Positions 39,232-48,702 of a stretch of DNA of 64,000 bases are shown here, piece by piece. Location: assembly GCA_963781585.1 (NCBI GenBank), contig CAWAGQ010000017.1, positions 18,469-82,468 on the forward strand, given 5' to 3'. The translations under genes were made by a program, and so were the position numbers. The DNA comes from an uncultured Gemmatimonadaceae bacterium (GTDB taxonomy: Bacteria; Gemmatimonadota; Gemmatimonadetes; Gemmatimonadales; Gemmatimonadaceae). Below the pieces are notes generated by a model. That model was not told the origin of the DNA and made no database searches. It saw nothing but the letters and a program-made list of their open reading frames with translations. The stretch's first letter is position 1. Each line of letters opens with the position of its first letter.

Positions 39232-41724
39232 ATGCAGGTGCTTCAGCCGCTTCGCCACGCCTGGAGATCGCTCCGGCGCACGCCGGCATTCACGCTCACG
39301 GCCACGACCACGCTCCTGATCGGCATCGGGGCGGCCGTCGCGACGTTTGCCGTGGTGAACGGAGTGCTGCTTCGGCCCCTTCCGTTCGGCCATCCGGATC
39401 GCCTGGTGGGCGCGTGGCACGATCTCCCGCCCCTTGGGCTGAAGCACACCCAGCAGACGTCCGCCACCTACTTCACCTACCAGAAGCTCGCCCACACCAT
39501 CGAGGGCATCGGGGTCTACCAGGAGGGCGCGGTGAACGTGGCGCCTCCTGGCGACGCGTCACAGCCTCAGCGGCTCAGCTGCTCCTGGATTTCGGCGACG
39601 CTGATTCCGGTTCTCGAGGTCCGGCCCGCCATGGGACGCGTGTTCACCGCGGCGGAAGATCTCCCGAACGGGCCCCACGTCGTGATCATCAGCGACGCGC
39701 TGTGGCACAACGCGTTCGGCGGCGATCCGCAAATAGTGGGTCGCACCATGGACGTGAACGGGCTCACGCGGCAAATCGTGGGGGTGATGCCGCCGACGTT
39801 CCGTTTTCCGGCCACCGAGACGCAGCTGTGGCTTCCGCTGGGTCTTGATCCGGCCAGTCCGTTCCCCGGCGGGTTCAACTACAACGGCATCGCGCGGCTG
39901 AAGCCCGGAGTGACGGTGGCCGCGGCGCAGCGGGATTTCACCGCCGTGTTGCCCCGGATCGTCGAGCTGTCGCCGAACCTGGCGCCCGGTGTATCGACCC
40001 GGATGCTGCTCGATCAGGCCAAGCCGACTCCGCTGCTGGTGCCGTTTCGACAGGACATCGTGGGCGAGTTTTCGGGCACGCTCTGGACGGTGGCCGCGGC
40101 GGCCGGGCTGGTTCTCCTGGTTGCCTGCTTCAATGTCGCGAACCTGATTCTGGTTCGTGCCGACAGTCGCCAGCGCGAGCTCGCGGTTCGGGAGGCGTTA
40201 GGCGCCGGGCGGCTGCGCGTGCTGGCGCACTTCCTGGCCGAAGCGGTCGTGCTGGCGTCGGTGGCCGGTGCCGGGGGCCTGGCGGTGGCCTGGGTGGCGG
40301 TGCGGCTGCTGGTGGCGCGCGGCGCGAACGCAGGGCAGGGGGTGTCGATCCCCCGACTCGCGGAGCTGGGGATCGACGCCAGGGCGGTGCTGTTCACGCT
40401 GGCGCTGGTGGTCCTGGTGGCCGTGATATGCAGCGTGATCCCGGCGCTCCGGATCGGCCGGGGGCAGCTGGCAACCGCGTTGCGCGAGGGGGGACGCACC
40501 GGCACCGCGAGCCGGCTGCAGCACCGCATCCGGGGCGGGCTGGTGGCCGGACAGATCGCGCTGGCCCTGGTGGTGCTGTCGGGGTCGGGTCTTCTCCTGC
40601 GGACGTTCCAGCGCCTCCACGCCGTGCAGCTCGGCTTCGATCCGGGCCAGGTCGCGACGTTCTGGCTGTCGCTGCCGCGGGCGCGCTACGCGAACGACAC
40701 GGCGATCGTCCATTTCTTCTCGGAGCTCCGAGCGCGCGTCACGTCATTGCCGGGAGTCCGCGCAGCGGGACTGTCGTCGCGGCTTCCCCTGCAGGGGAAC
40801 GGGATGAACCAGAATCCCTTCTATGCCGAGGGCGACGTCTCGGCGGCGTCGAAGATCCCACCGCTCCAGATCTACACCACGGTGGATGACGCGTACTTTC
40901 ACGCGATGGGGATTCCCCTGCTCGCGGGACGCGGGTTCGACCGCGCCGATCTCCAGCGTCCGGACGAAGCGATCGTCAGCCAGCGGACCGCCGAGCAGTT
41001 CTGGAAGGACCCGACCGGCCGGGCCGCGTTAGGCAGGCGGTTCCGCGAGCTGCCGGGCGGGCACTGGCATACGGTGATCGGCGTGGTCGCCAATGCGCGC
41101 GACACGGCCATCGCCGCGCTCCCGTCCCAGGTCGTGTACTTTCCGGAAGTCATCGATCCGGACACCACGTTCAGCCAGACCTACCGGGCGATGGCCCTGG
41201 TGGTGCGCACCACGGGCGATCCGATGGCGGTCACCGGGCCGGTCCAGGCGCTGGTGCGGGAGCTCGATCCTACTCTGCCCATGTTCGACATCCGGCCCAT
41301 GACCGCGGTGGTGAGTGCCTCGGTAGCCCGCCTTTCGTTCATCATGCTCATTCTGGGGGCCGCCGCGGGGGTCACCCTCCTGCTCGGCGCGGTGGGGCTG
41401 TATGGGGTGATGGCGTACCTGGTCACGCTTCGCACGCGCGAACTGGGTGTGAGGATCGCGCTGGGCGCGCAGCCGGGTGCAGTGGCGACGATGCTCACGC
41501 GACAGGGGATGTGGCTGACGGCGATCGGCATCGGCGGCGGGCTGGCGCTGTTCCTGGGCGTCTCGCGTTTCCTGGGGTCGTTCCTCTACGGGGTGACGCC
41601 GACCGATCCGGTCACGCTCGGCGCGGCGTCGCTGATGCTGGTGGTGATCGCGGCGCTGGCGAGCTGGATTCCGGCGCGGCGCGCATCGCGGGTGGATCCG
41701 GCGCACACGCTCCGGGCGGAGTAG
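39232..41724 (+). CDS. ADOP-type duplicated ABC permease
   Basis: LRHAWRSLRRTP, VACFNVANL, RELGVRIALGA and PARRASRVDP motifs. Confidence 0.92.
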   Translation: MQVLQPLRHAWRSLRRTPAFTLTATTTLLIGIGAAVATFAVVNGVLLRPLPFGHPDRLVGAWHDLPPLGLKHTQQTSATYFTYQKLAHTIEGIGVYQEGAVNVAPPGDASQPQRLSCSWISATLIPVLEVRPAMGRVFTAAEDLPNGPHVVIISDALWHNAFGGDPQIVGRTMDVNGLTRQIVGVMPPTFRFPATETQLWLPLGLDPASPFPGGFNYNGIARLKPGVTVAAAQRDFTAVLPRIVELSPNLAPGVSTRMLLDQAKPTPLLVPFRQDIVGEFSGTLWTVAAAAGLVLLVACFNVANLILVRADSRQRELAVREALGAGRLRVLAHFLAEAVVLASVAGAGGLAVAWVAVRLLVARGANAGQGVSIPRLAELGIDARAVLFTLALVVLVAVICSVIPALRIGRGQLATALREGGRTGTASRLQHRIRGGLVAGQIALALVVLSGSGLLLRTFQRLHAVQLGFDPGQVATFWLSLPRARYANDTAIVHFFSELRARVTSLPGVRAAGLSSRLPLQGNGMNQNPFYAEGDVSAASKIPPLQIYTTVDDAYFHAMGIPLLAGRGFDRADLQRPDEAIVSQRTAEQFWKDPTGRAALGRRFRELPGGHWHTVIGVVANARDTAIAALPSQVVYFPEVIDPDTTFSQTYRAMALVVRTTGDPMAVTGPVQALVRELDPTLPMFDIRPMTAVVSASVARLSFIMLILGAAAGVTLLLGAVGLYGVMAYLVTLRTRELGVRIALGAQPGAVATMLTRQGMWLTAIGIGGGLALFLGVSRFLGSFLYGVTPTDPVTLGAASLMLVVIAALASWIPARRASRVDPAHTLRAE

Positions 41725-41741
41725 ACCGCGTGATTGCGCCC

Positions 41742-42695
41742 ATGGCTTCCTCAGCCGCCGGGCGCCCGGTGATCGAGGTCAACGGCTGCCGCAAGACGTA
41801 CGGCTCCCTGGTCGCGGTCGACGACGTGTCGTTCACCGTGAACGACGGCGAGATCTTCGGGCTGATCGGGCCTAACGGGGCCGGCAAGACGACGACCATG
41901 GAATGCGTCGAAGGCCTGCGCGCCCCCGACCGCGGCGCCATCATGGTGCTGGGACTCGATCCATTCCGCGACGTCTATCAGCTGCAGGAGCGCATCGGCG
42001 TGCAGCTGCAGCAGGCGCAGCTGCAGAAGCGGATCACGGTGCTGGAGGCGGTTCACCTGTGGGCCGCGCTGTACCGCCACGCGCCGACCGATGGAGAACG
42101 CCTGCTCGAACAGCTCGGCCTGTGGGAGAAGCGGCACTCCTGGTTCATGACACTCTCCGGCGGTCAGAAGCAGCGGCTGTTCATCGCGCTCGCGCTGGTC
42201 AACGATCCGGAAGTGGTGTTCCTCGACGAGCTGACCACCGGGCTCGATCCGCAGGCACGGCGTGCCATCTGGGAACTGGTGCGGGCAATCCGCGATCGCG
42301 GCAAGACGGTGTTTCTGACCACGCATCTGATGGAAGAGGCGGAGCGGTTGTGCGATCGGGTGGCGATCATCGAGCGTGGACGCATCATCGATATCGACAC
42401 GCCGGCCGGCATGGTGCGGCGCCACTGCCCGGAGCGCAGCGTCGTCCTCGCGACTGCGGCGCCCGGCGCCGAGGGCTGCTTCCGTACCATCCCGAACACC
42501 GATATGGTGGAAAGAGAAGAGAGCAGCGACGGAGAGCCGGCGCGCTACACCATCCGCGGTCATGGCGACGATCTGGTGACCGACGTGATCCAGTGTCTCT
42601 CCGACAATCGGATTCGCGTGACCGAGTTCCGCACCATAATCCCGACGCTGGAGGATGTCTTCCTCCGGCTCACCGGGCACTCCATCCGCGATTAG
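41742..42695 (+). CDS. ABC-2 type exporter ATP-binding protein
   Basis: GPNGAGKTT, LSGGQKQR, LDELTTGLDP and TTHLMEEAE motifs. Confidence 0.93.
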   Translation: MASSAAGRPVIEVNGCRKTYGSLVAVDDVSFTVNDGEIFGLIGPNGAGKTTTMECVEGLRAPDRGAIMVLGLDPFRDVYQLQERIGVQLQQAQLQKRITVLEAVHLWAALYRHAPTDGERLLEQLGLWEKRHSWFMTLSGGQKQRLFIALALVNDPEVVFLDELTTGLDPQARRAIWELVRAIRDRGKTVFLTTHLMEEAERLCDRVAIIERGRIIDIDTPAGMVRRHCPERSVVLATAAPGAEGCFRTIPNTDMVEREESSDGEPARYTIRGHGDDLVTDVIQCLSDNRIRVTEFRTIIPTLEDVFLRLTGHSIRD

Positions 42696-42703
42696 CCACT
42701 GCC

Positions 42704-43453
42704 ATGCTGCGCGGACTCTGGCGCCTCACCTGGCTCGAAATCAGGATCTTCGCCCGGGAACCGATGGGCGTGATCGGTACGGTGGGGATCCCGGTCGTCG
42801 CGTTCCTGCTGCTGGGCCGGTTCTTTGCGCGCGACCTGGTGAGAGCCGGCGCCGGGGGACGCGCGTTCGCGCAGGTGGGAATCCCGGTCCTGGCCGCGGT
42901 GCTGATCACCGTCAGCACTGTGCTGTCGCTGGTGACGATCATCTCGATCTACCGCGAGGGCGGCATTCTGAAGCGGCTCCGTGCCACGCCGCTCCGCCCG
43001 CAAACCATTCTCACGGCCCACGTGCTCGTGAAGCTCACCTTCACGGCGATCACGGTGCTGATCATGGTGCTGGCCGGGAAGCGCTACTACCCACTGGGAG
43101 TGCACGCTCCGGTGTTGGCCTTCACGGTGGCGCTGCTGCTCAGCACGTTGAGCATCATGTCGGTCGGTTTTCTCATTGCGAGCGTGGTGCCGACCGCGAG
43201 ATTCGCGCAGCCGATCGGTGCAGTGATTCTCTATCCGATGGTCGGCCTCTCGGGGCTGTTCGTTCGGGTTGATGCGCTCCCCGGGGCGTTGCAGGGCGTG
43301 GCGCGCGCCCTTCCGCTCACGTACGCCGTCTCCTTGCTCGAGGGGATCTGGGTGGGAGAGCCATGGTCCGCGCACCTGGGTGACGTGGTCGCCCTGGTGG
43401 TGACATTCGTGGTATTCACCGCGATTTCGGCCCGGGTGTTTCGCTGGGAATAA
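42704..43453 (+). CDS. ABC-2 type permease
   Basis: YREGGILKRLRATP, LSGLF and PLTYAV motifs; about 6 TMs. Confidence 0.9.
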   Translation: MLRGLWRLTWLEIRIFAREPMGVIGTVGIPVVAFLLLGRFFARDLVRAGAGGRAFAQVGIPVLAAVLITVSTVLSLVTIISIYREGGILKRLRATPLRPQTILTAHVLVKLTFTAITVLIMVLAGKRYYPLGVHAPVLAFTVALLLSTLSIMSVGFLIASVVPTARFAQPIGAVILYPMVGLSGLFVRVDALPGALQGVARALPLTYAVSLLEGIWVGEPWSAHLGDVVALVVTFVVFTAISARVFRWE

Positions 43454-43595
43454 GCACTGCGCAGGAGCCGTCCGAGGCCCGTCCCCACGACCGGGTTGCC
43501 GATCGTACGTGGGCGGGTCCACCCGCAGCCGATCGTACGCGAGCGGGGCCCCACGGTGCCGCTTCCCACCGGTTCATACGCCGGTAGAATTGGGG

Positions 43596-44042
43596 GTGCT
43601 CAAACACGCGCTCCTTTACGGACTCCTCGGCGGCGTCCTGATCGCCGTGCTCCAGCTCATCGAATACCGGTGGCTGGTGGTGCAGTACTCCGTGGAGATC
43701 TACGGCGGGCTCGTGGCCGCGGTGTTTGCGAGCGTGGGCATCTGGCTTGGCCTCCGGCTCACGCGGCACACCGAAACCGTGGTGGTGCGTGAGGTGCTGG
43801 TCGCGGCGCCGGCCGACTTCGTGCGCGATGAGAACAAGCGCGAGTCCCTTGGCGTCACCCCCCGTGAACTGGAAATTCTGCAGTTGATCGCCGAGGGGCT
43901 GAGCAACAAGGAGATCGCTGATCGGGTGCACGTGACCGAAAACACGGTCAAGACGCATTCGAGCCGTGTGTTCAACAAGCTCGGCGCCCGGCGGCGGACC
44001 CAGGCGGTGCAGTTGGGAAAGGAGCTTCGGTTGATCCCGTAG
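43596..44042 (+). CDS. Membrane-anchored LuxR-type HTH regulator
   Basis: Two N-terminal TMs; TPRELEILQLIAEGLSNKEIA..TVKTH motif; no receiver domain. Confidence 0.9.
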   Translation: MLKHALLYGLLGGVLIAVLQLIEYRWLVVQYSVEIYGGLVAAVFASVGIWLGLRLTRHTETVVVREVLVAAPADFVRDENKRESLGVTPRELEILQLIAEGLSNKEIADRVHVTENTVKTHSSRVFNKLGARRRTQAVQLGKELRLIP

Positions 44043-44149
44043 TCGGGTTGTTCAGCGGCCGCGCGAGGCCGGGCTCATCGAGGTCGGTCAGCATGCAACC
44101 CATTCCCGACCGCCAACTTTCGCATGATTTCGCGCCGAATCGTCGAAAA

Positions 44150-44194
44150 TCATCCGTTCGGGTGACGCGCGCCGCGGCCGCCGGCTGATAGAAT
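44150..44194 (+). promoter_or_regulatory. Putative LuxR-type operator plus extended -10 upstream of the DUF4199 gene
   Basis: Imperfect palindrome tcatccg-tt-cgggtga at 44150-44165; TGaTAGAAT at 44186-44194. Confidence 0.55.
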
Positions 44195-44221
44195 CGGCCG
44201 TCCTCACCCCCTGGAGCTGCC

Positions 44222-44758
44222 ATGCGAAAGATCGTGCTGACGTTCGGGCTCATTGCAGGCGCCATCCTGTCCGCGATGATGCTCCTGACCCTGCCGTTCC
44301 AGGACCAGATCGGCTTCGACAGGGGCGCGATCATTGGCTACACCACCATGGTGCTCGCCTTCCTGATGGTGTTCTTCGGGGTCAGGTCATACCGGGATAA
44401 CGTCGCCGGTGGAAGCGTGACGTTTGGCCGTGCGTTCGCGGTGGGCCTGCTGATCACGGCGGTCGCCAGCGCCTGCTACGTGGCCACGTGGGAAGTGATC
44501 TACTACCGGCTCGCTCCCGACTTCGGCGACAAGTACGCGGCGTACTCGGTCGAGAAGGCGAGAAGGTCAGGTGCCACCGACGCGCAGATCGCCGCGCGGA
44601 TGAAGGAGATGGCGGACTACACCGAGATGTACAGGAAGCCGCTGGTGAATGTCGCGCTGACGTTCCTGGAGCCGTTGCCGGTGGGACTCCTGTTCACGCT
44701 CGTTGCGGCCGGGGTGCTGAGCCGGAAGCGGCGGGCACCGGGCGCGGCGACCGCGTAG
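44222..44758 (+). CDS. DUF4199 family membrane protein
   Basis: GYTTMVLAF..VFFGVRSYRD...G.VTFGRAF motif; 4 TMs; GGAG RBS. Confidence 0.85.
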   Translation: MRKIVLTFGLIAGAILSAMMLLTLPFQDQIGFDRGAIIGYTTMVLAFLMVFFGVRSYRDNVAGGSVTFGRAFAVGLLITAVASACYVATWEVIYYRLAPDFGDKYAAYSVEKARRSGATDAQIAARMKEMADYTEMYRKPLVNVALTFLEPLPVGLLFTLVAAGVLSRKRRAPGAATA

Positions 44759-44761
44759 CCG

Positions 44762-45457
44762 TCAATCTTCCTTCCATGGATTGGTGGCGAACACGGCGAG
44801 TTCCGGCCAGAGTGCCCGCCGGGGCATCTCGAGGGCCGCCATGATCGTCGCGGCGATATCGTCCGCGAACAGCTTGTTCGGATTGTTCCGGCCGGTGCGG
44901 CCGCCGAACTCGGTCTGGACCTCGGATGGACAGACGCACACGACGCGAATGCTGTGCGGGCGCAGCTCCGCCTGCCAGCACTGACTGATCCCGCGCACCG
45001 CCCACTTGCTGCCACCGTACGCGGTCGCGCCGGGACCGCCCTTCATGCCGGACGTGGACGCGATGTTGATGATGTCGCCCTCCCCCTGCGCCTTCATCAT
45101 CGGCACGACGCGGTTGGTGATGTCGGTGAGGCCGAAGACATTGACGGCGAACATCGCGCGCATCGCGTCGAGGTCGAGCGCACCGATCTCCCCGCGGTAC
45201 GCGTACGCGGCGTTGTTCACGAGGACGTCGACGCCGCCCATGCGTTCGCGGCAGGTGTCCACCGTTCGCGCGTTGTCCTCGCCGCTCGCGACGTCGGCCG
45301 TGAGGCCGTCTGCACCGGTCGCGGCCGCGACGCGCCCGATGCGCTGCGCGTCGCGTCCGGTGAACACCACCTGGTGTCCGGCCGCGCGGGCGCGTTGAAC
45401 CACGGCCGCGCCGATGCCCTGGCTGCCGCCGGTGACGAGAAATCGACGGGTCTGCAT
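44762..45457 (-). CDS. SDR family oxidoreductase
   Basis: TGGSQGIG, LVNNA and YGGSK motifs. Confidence 0.92.
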   Translation of the reverse strand: MQTRRFLVTGGSQGIGAAVVQRARAAGHQVVFTGRDAQRIGRVAAATGADGLTADVASGEDNARTVDTCRERMGGVDVLVNNAAYAYRGEIGALDLDAMRAMFAVNVFGLTDITNRVVPMMKAQGEGDIINIASTSGMKGGPGATAYGGSKWAVRGISQCWQAELRPHSIRVVCVCPSEVQTEFGGRTGRNNPNKLFADDIAATIMAALEMPRRALWPELAVFATNPWKED

Positions 45458-45591
45458 GATCGAAGGGGTTGTGGTGTCGATCGCCAGGTGGCGACCGTGC
45501 AGACGTACCTTACTCCCCACGCGGCGCGGACGCGAGCGCGCGCACCCTGGCGGCCTCTGGACGCACGACTGACGGCGATTCACTCTCTTTC

Positions 45592-47313
45592 ATGCCCACG
45601 CGCCGCGAATTCGTCGCACAGGCCGCGCTGTCGGCCGTCGGCCTGACGCTTCCCGTGCCGCGCGCGCCCGAGCGGGGCGACCACGGAGGCACCCGCGCCC
45701 CCGGTCCTGGTCATCTGCCGGAAAACCGCCCGCCCGCGGGGTTTCTCGACCTTGCGCGCTCCCCCGACGCGGTGACGGTACAGACCGCGACCGACTACCT
45801 GCCGCTGGCACGCGAACGCGATGGCCAGTGGTCGAAGAGCGGGATCGGCGTGACGACGACCGGGCAAAGTGGCGGGCTCCAGGTCGTGCTGCGCGCGCCT
45901 CACGAGTCGATCAAGCGACTGCATCTGCGGTGGCGCGGGGCGCTGGACGGCGTGCGTCTTCTGCTCGGCGACGCCTGGGAGCGAGGCTACGGTGATCTCG
46001 AATGGCGGGGCTGGGTGCCCGACCGTGTGATGCCGTGGTACGTGGCGACGTACGATGGATCGCTCACGCATGGGTACGGGGTTCGCACCGGCGCGCGGGC
46101 GTTGTGTTACTGGCAGATCGACCAGCAGGGGATCAGCCTCTGGACGGACGTGCGGAGCGGCGGCGTCGGCATCGATCTCGGCGAGCGCGGGCTCGCGGTC
46201 TGCGACGTGGTCTGCCGTGCGGGGCGCGAAGGAGAATCCGCGTTCGCCGCCGTTCACGCATTCTGCGCTCAGATGTGCGCCAGTCCCCGGCTGCCGGCGC
46301 ACCCTGTCTATGGAAGCAATGACTGGTACTGGGCCTACGGGAAGAACAGCGCCGAGTCGGTGATGACCGATGCGCGGCATATCGTGGAGCTGTCGCCGGC
46401 GGGCGAGAACCGGCCGTTCGTCGTGATCGACGATGGCTGGCAACCGGTACGCGGCGCGGACAAGGCGGATCAGGGACGGTGGGATCGCGGCAACGAGAAG
46501 TTCCCGGACATGCCCGGGCTGGCTGCCGCGATTCGTCGTGCCGGCGCGCGCCCCGGCATCTGGATCCGTCCGCTTCAGGCGGCCCATGACGCGCCCGATT
46601 CGTGGCGTCTGCCGCGCGACCGTGGGGTCCTCGATCCCACCGTGGCCGGGGTGCGGCAGAAGGTCGCCGCTGACATCGCACGGCTCGGGGAGTGGGGGTT
46701 CGAGCTGATCAAGCACGACTACACGACGTTCGACATCTTCGGCCGGTGGGGTTTTCAGATGGGCGCGGCGCTCACGCGCGACGGGTGGGGGTTCGCGTCA
46801 GGCAGCGATCGCACCACCGCCGAGGTGATCGACGAGCTGTACGGCTCCATTCGCCGGGCGGCGGGGGAGAGTCTGGTCATCGGCTGCAACACGGTGAGTC
46901 ATCTCTCGGCGGGGCATTTCGAGATCTGCCGCGTGGGCGACGACACCAGCGGCACCGATTGGGCGCGGACGCGCAAGATGGGGGTCAACTCGCTCGCGTT
47001 CCGCGGACCGCAGCACGGCGCCTTCTACGTGGCCGATGCCGACTGTGTGGGCGTCACCAGCGCGGTGCCATGGTCTCTGAACCGGCAGTGGCTCGACCTG
47101 CTGGCGCGGAGCGGGACGATGCTGTTCGTGTCGCTTGCTCCCGATGCGTCAGGCACGGAGCAGCGGCGCGACCTGAAGGACGCGCTGGCGCTGGCGGCGA
47201 CGCCGCACCCGCTCGGCGAGCCGCTCGACTGGCAGGGGGCGGTGTATCCCTCGCACTGGCGGGTGGTGGGCGGCGAGCGGAGGTACGACTGGGTGGGGGT
47301 GGATGGGGCGTAG
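45592..47313 (+). CDS. Tat-exported GH36/GH27-clan glycosidase (alpha-galactosidase-like)
   Basis: TRREFV Tat motif; SNDWY, IDDGWQ, IKHDY and CRVGDD motifs. Confidence 0.8.
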   Translation: MPTRREFVAQAALSAVGLTLPVPRAPERGDHGGTRAPGPGHLPENRPPAGFLDLARSPDAVTVQTATDYLPLARERDGQWSKSGIGVTTTGQSGGLQVVLRAPHESIKRLHLRWRGALDGVRLLLGDAWERGYGDLEWRGWVPDRVMPWYVATYDGSLTHGYGVRTGARALCYWQIDQQGISLWTDVRSGGVGIDLGERGLAVCDVVCRAGREGESAFAAVHAFCAQMCASPRLPAHPVYGSNDWYWAYGKNSAESVMTDARHIVELSPAGENRPFVVIDDGWQPVRGADKADQGRWDRGNEKFPDMPGLAAAIRRAGARPGIWIRPLQAAHDAPDSWRLPRDRGVLDPTVAGVRQKVAADIARLGEWGFELIKHDYTTFDIFGRWGFQMGAALTRDGWGFASGSDRTTAEVIDELYGSIRRAAGESLVIGCNTVSHLSAGHFEICRVGDDTSGTDWARTRKMGVNSLAFRGPQHGAFYVADADCVGVTSAVPWSLNRQWLDLLARSGTMLFVSLAPDASGTEQRRDLKDALALAATPHPLGEPLDWQGAVYPSHWRVVGGERRYDWVGVDGA

Positions 47314-47342
47314 CCGCCGTGGAGGTCAGGAACAAGCGGCTC

Positions 47343-47372
47343 TTGATATTCTATATTCTCAAATCTAGAATA
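47343..47372 (+). promoter_or_regulatory. Sigma70 promoter with overlapping inverted repeat; probably leaderless transcript
   Basis: TTGATA (47343-47348), 17-bp spacer, TAGAAT (47366-47371), ATG 6 nt later; inverted pair tattct (47354-47359) / agaata (47367-47372). Confidence 0.75.
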
Positions 47373-47377
47373 CAACC

Positions 47378-47899
47378 ATGAAGAACGCCCTCCACCCATT
47401 CGACGTGGTTGTTGCTCTGAAGCTCTCCTATGGAGGTGCTTCGTATCAGTCTATCGCGTCGGAGCTGGATTCCAGCCCAAGCCAGGTGCACGCCGCCGTC
47501 AGGCGGCTCAGAAACGCCGGGCTACTACGCCCCGACGCCGAGAAGTTGTCGATCAATCGATCCGCCCTGCGCGAATTCATAATTCACGGACTCAGGTATG
47601 CATTCCCCGCTCGACCTGGGACCGTCGTGCGCGGAGTGCCGACGGCACATGCGGGGCCCGTACTTGCCGGCGAGATCGACGCCATGGACCCGTTGGTGTG
47701 GCCGTCGCCCGACGGCGACCTGGTTGGCCAGGCCATCGAGCCACTCTATCCACGTGCCACGTCACTGCCCAGGCGGTCCCCGAAGGTATATGCCCTGCTC
47801 ACCCTCGTTGATGCCCTCCGTGTTGGGACCGCTCGGGAGCGCAACCTCGCCCGCGAAAAGCTCACCATGGCCCTCGCACCGATCGGCGCCAGTGGCTGA
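47378..47899 (+). CDS. HTH protein, putative type IV TA antitoxin
   Basis: N-terminal HTH (YQSIASELDSSPSQVHAAVRRL); EFIIHGLRYAFP, RGVPTA and LVDALRVG..RER motifs. Confidence 0.75.
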   Translation: MKNALHPFDVVVALKLSYGGASYQSIASELDSSPSQVHAAVRRLRNAGLLRPDAEKLSINRSALREFIIHGLRYAFPARPGTVVRGVPTAHAGPVLAGEIDAMDPLVWPSPDGDLVGQAIEPLYPRATSLPRRSPKVYALLTLVDALRVGTARERNLAREKLTMALAPIGASG

Positions 47900-48605
47900 G
47901 TCGGTGCTCCAGCATCCAAGTATCGTCCGCATTCGCGAGATCGCTCAATCCCTGGGTGATCTGCGGGTCCGCGCCGTATTCATCGGCGGAGCGGTCGCTC
48001 CTCTGCTCCGCACCGAACGCGTGGTGCGCGGCCCACGCCCCACCAGGGACGTCGATGCGCTCACCGCCACGTCGTCGTACCCAGATCTCGCTCGCATCGC
48101 CGATGAGTTGCGCCTCCTCGGCTTCAGGCAGGAGCCCGATCCGCAACACGTACATCGATGGATCAGTCCCGCCGGGTCACTCTTCGATTTCCTTCCGGCG
48201 GGAGCGCACTTTGGCGCCACGGGTCAGGAGTTGGACACCCTCGCAATCGAGACGTCGGTCGAATTCACGTTCCCGGGCGGAGAACGCATTCGGCACGCAA
48301 GCGCTCCGGGATTTCTCGGGCTCAAATTCGCCGCCTTTCGTGACCGCGGCATGGATGACCCGTTCAACAGTCATGATCTGGAGGACATCTTCGCGCTTCT
48401 GGTCAGCCGGCCGACTCTGGTCAATGAGGTCGGCGCGACCTCCCCGATACTGGGTGCCCGGATTCAAGGGTGGACCGCGCGTCTCCTGGAGTTGCCCGAG
48501 CTCGAAGACCTGGTCGCCGGACATCTCAACAATGCGTTCGACCGAGCCAGCGCGAGTGCCCTCGCACTGAGTCGTTTGCGCCATTTGGCCGCCGTGGAGC
48601 GCTAG
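47892..48605 (+). CDS. AbiEii/AbiGii-like nucleotidyltransferase, putative toxin
   Basis: VFIGGA, RPTRDVD, LKFAAF..R and SHDLEDI motifs; the GTG start overlaps the upstream gene end. Confidence 0.75.
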   Translation: MAESVLQHPSIVRIREIAQSLGDLRVRAVFIGGAVAPLLRTERVVRGPRPTRDVDALTATSSYPDLARIADELRLLGFRQEPDPQHVHRWISPAGSLFDFLPAGAHFGATGQELDTLAIETSVEFTFPGGERIRHASAPGFLGLKFAAFRDRGMDDPFNSHDLEDIFALLVSRPTLVNEVGATSPILGARIQGWTARLLELPELEDLVAGHLNNAFDRASASALALSRLRHLAAVER

Positions 48606-48702
48606 TAGCTGCCTGCAACCATCACGGCGCATGCCGGTGACCAAACCCGAGTTCGTGCGCGCCGAAGCGCGCAACCAGGAATCGCAGTCGCATCGAGGTC
48701 GA

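Noticed and set aside
43498..43539. 12-bp direct repeat gccgatcgtacg at 43498 and 43528
   Set aside because: Only two short copies; no array or element structure can be supported.
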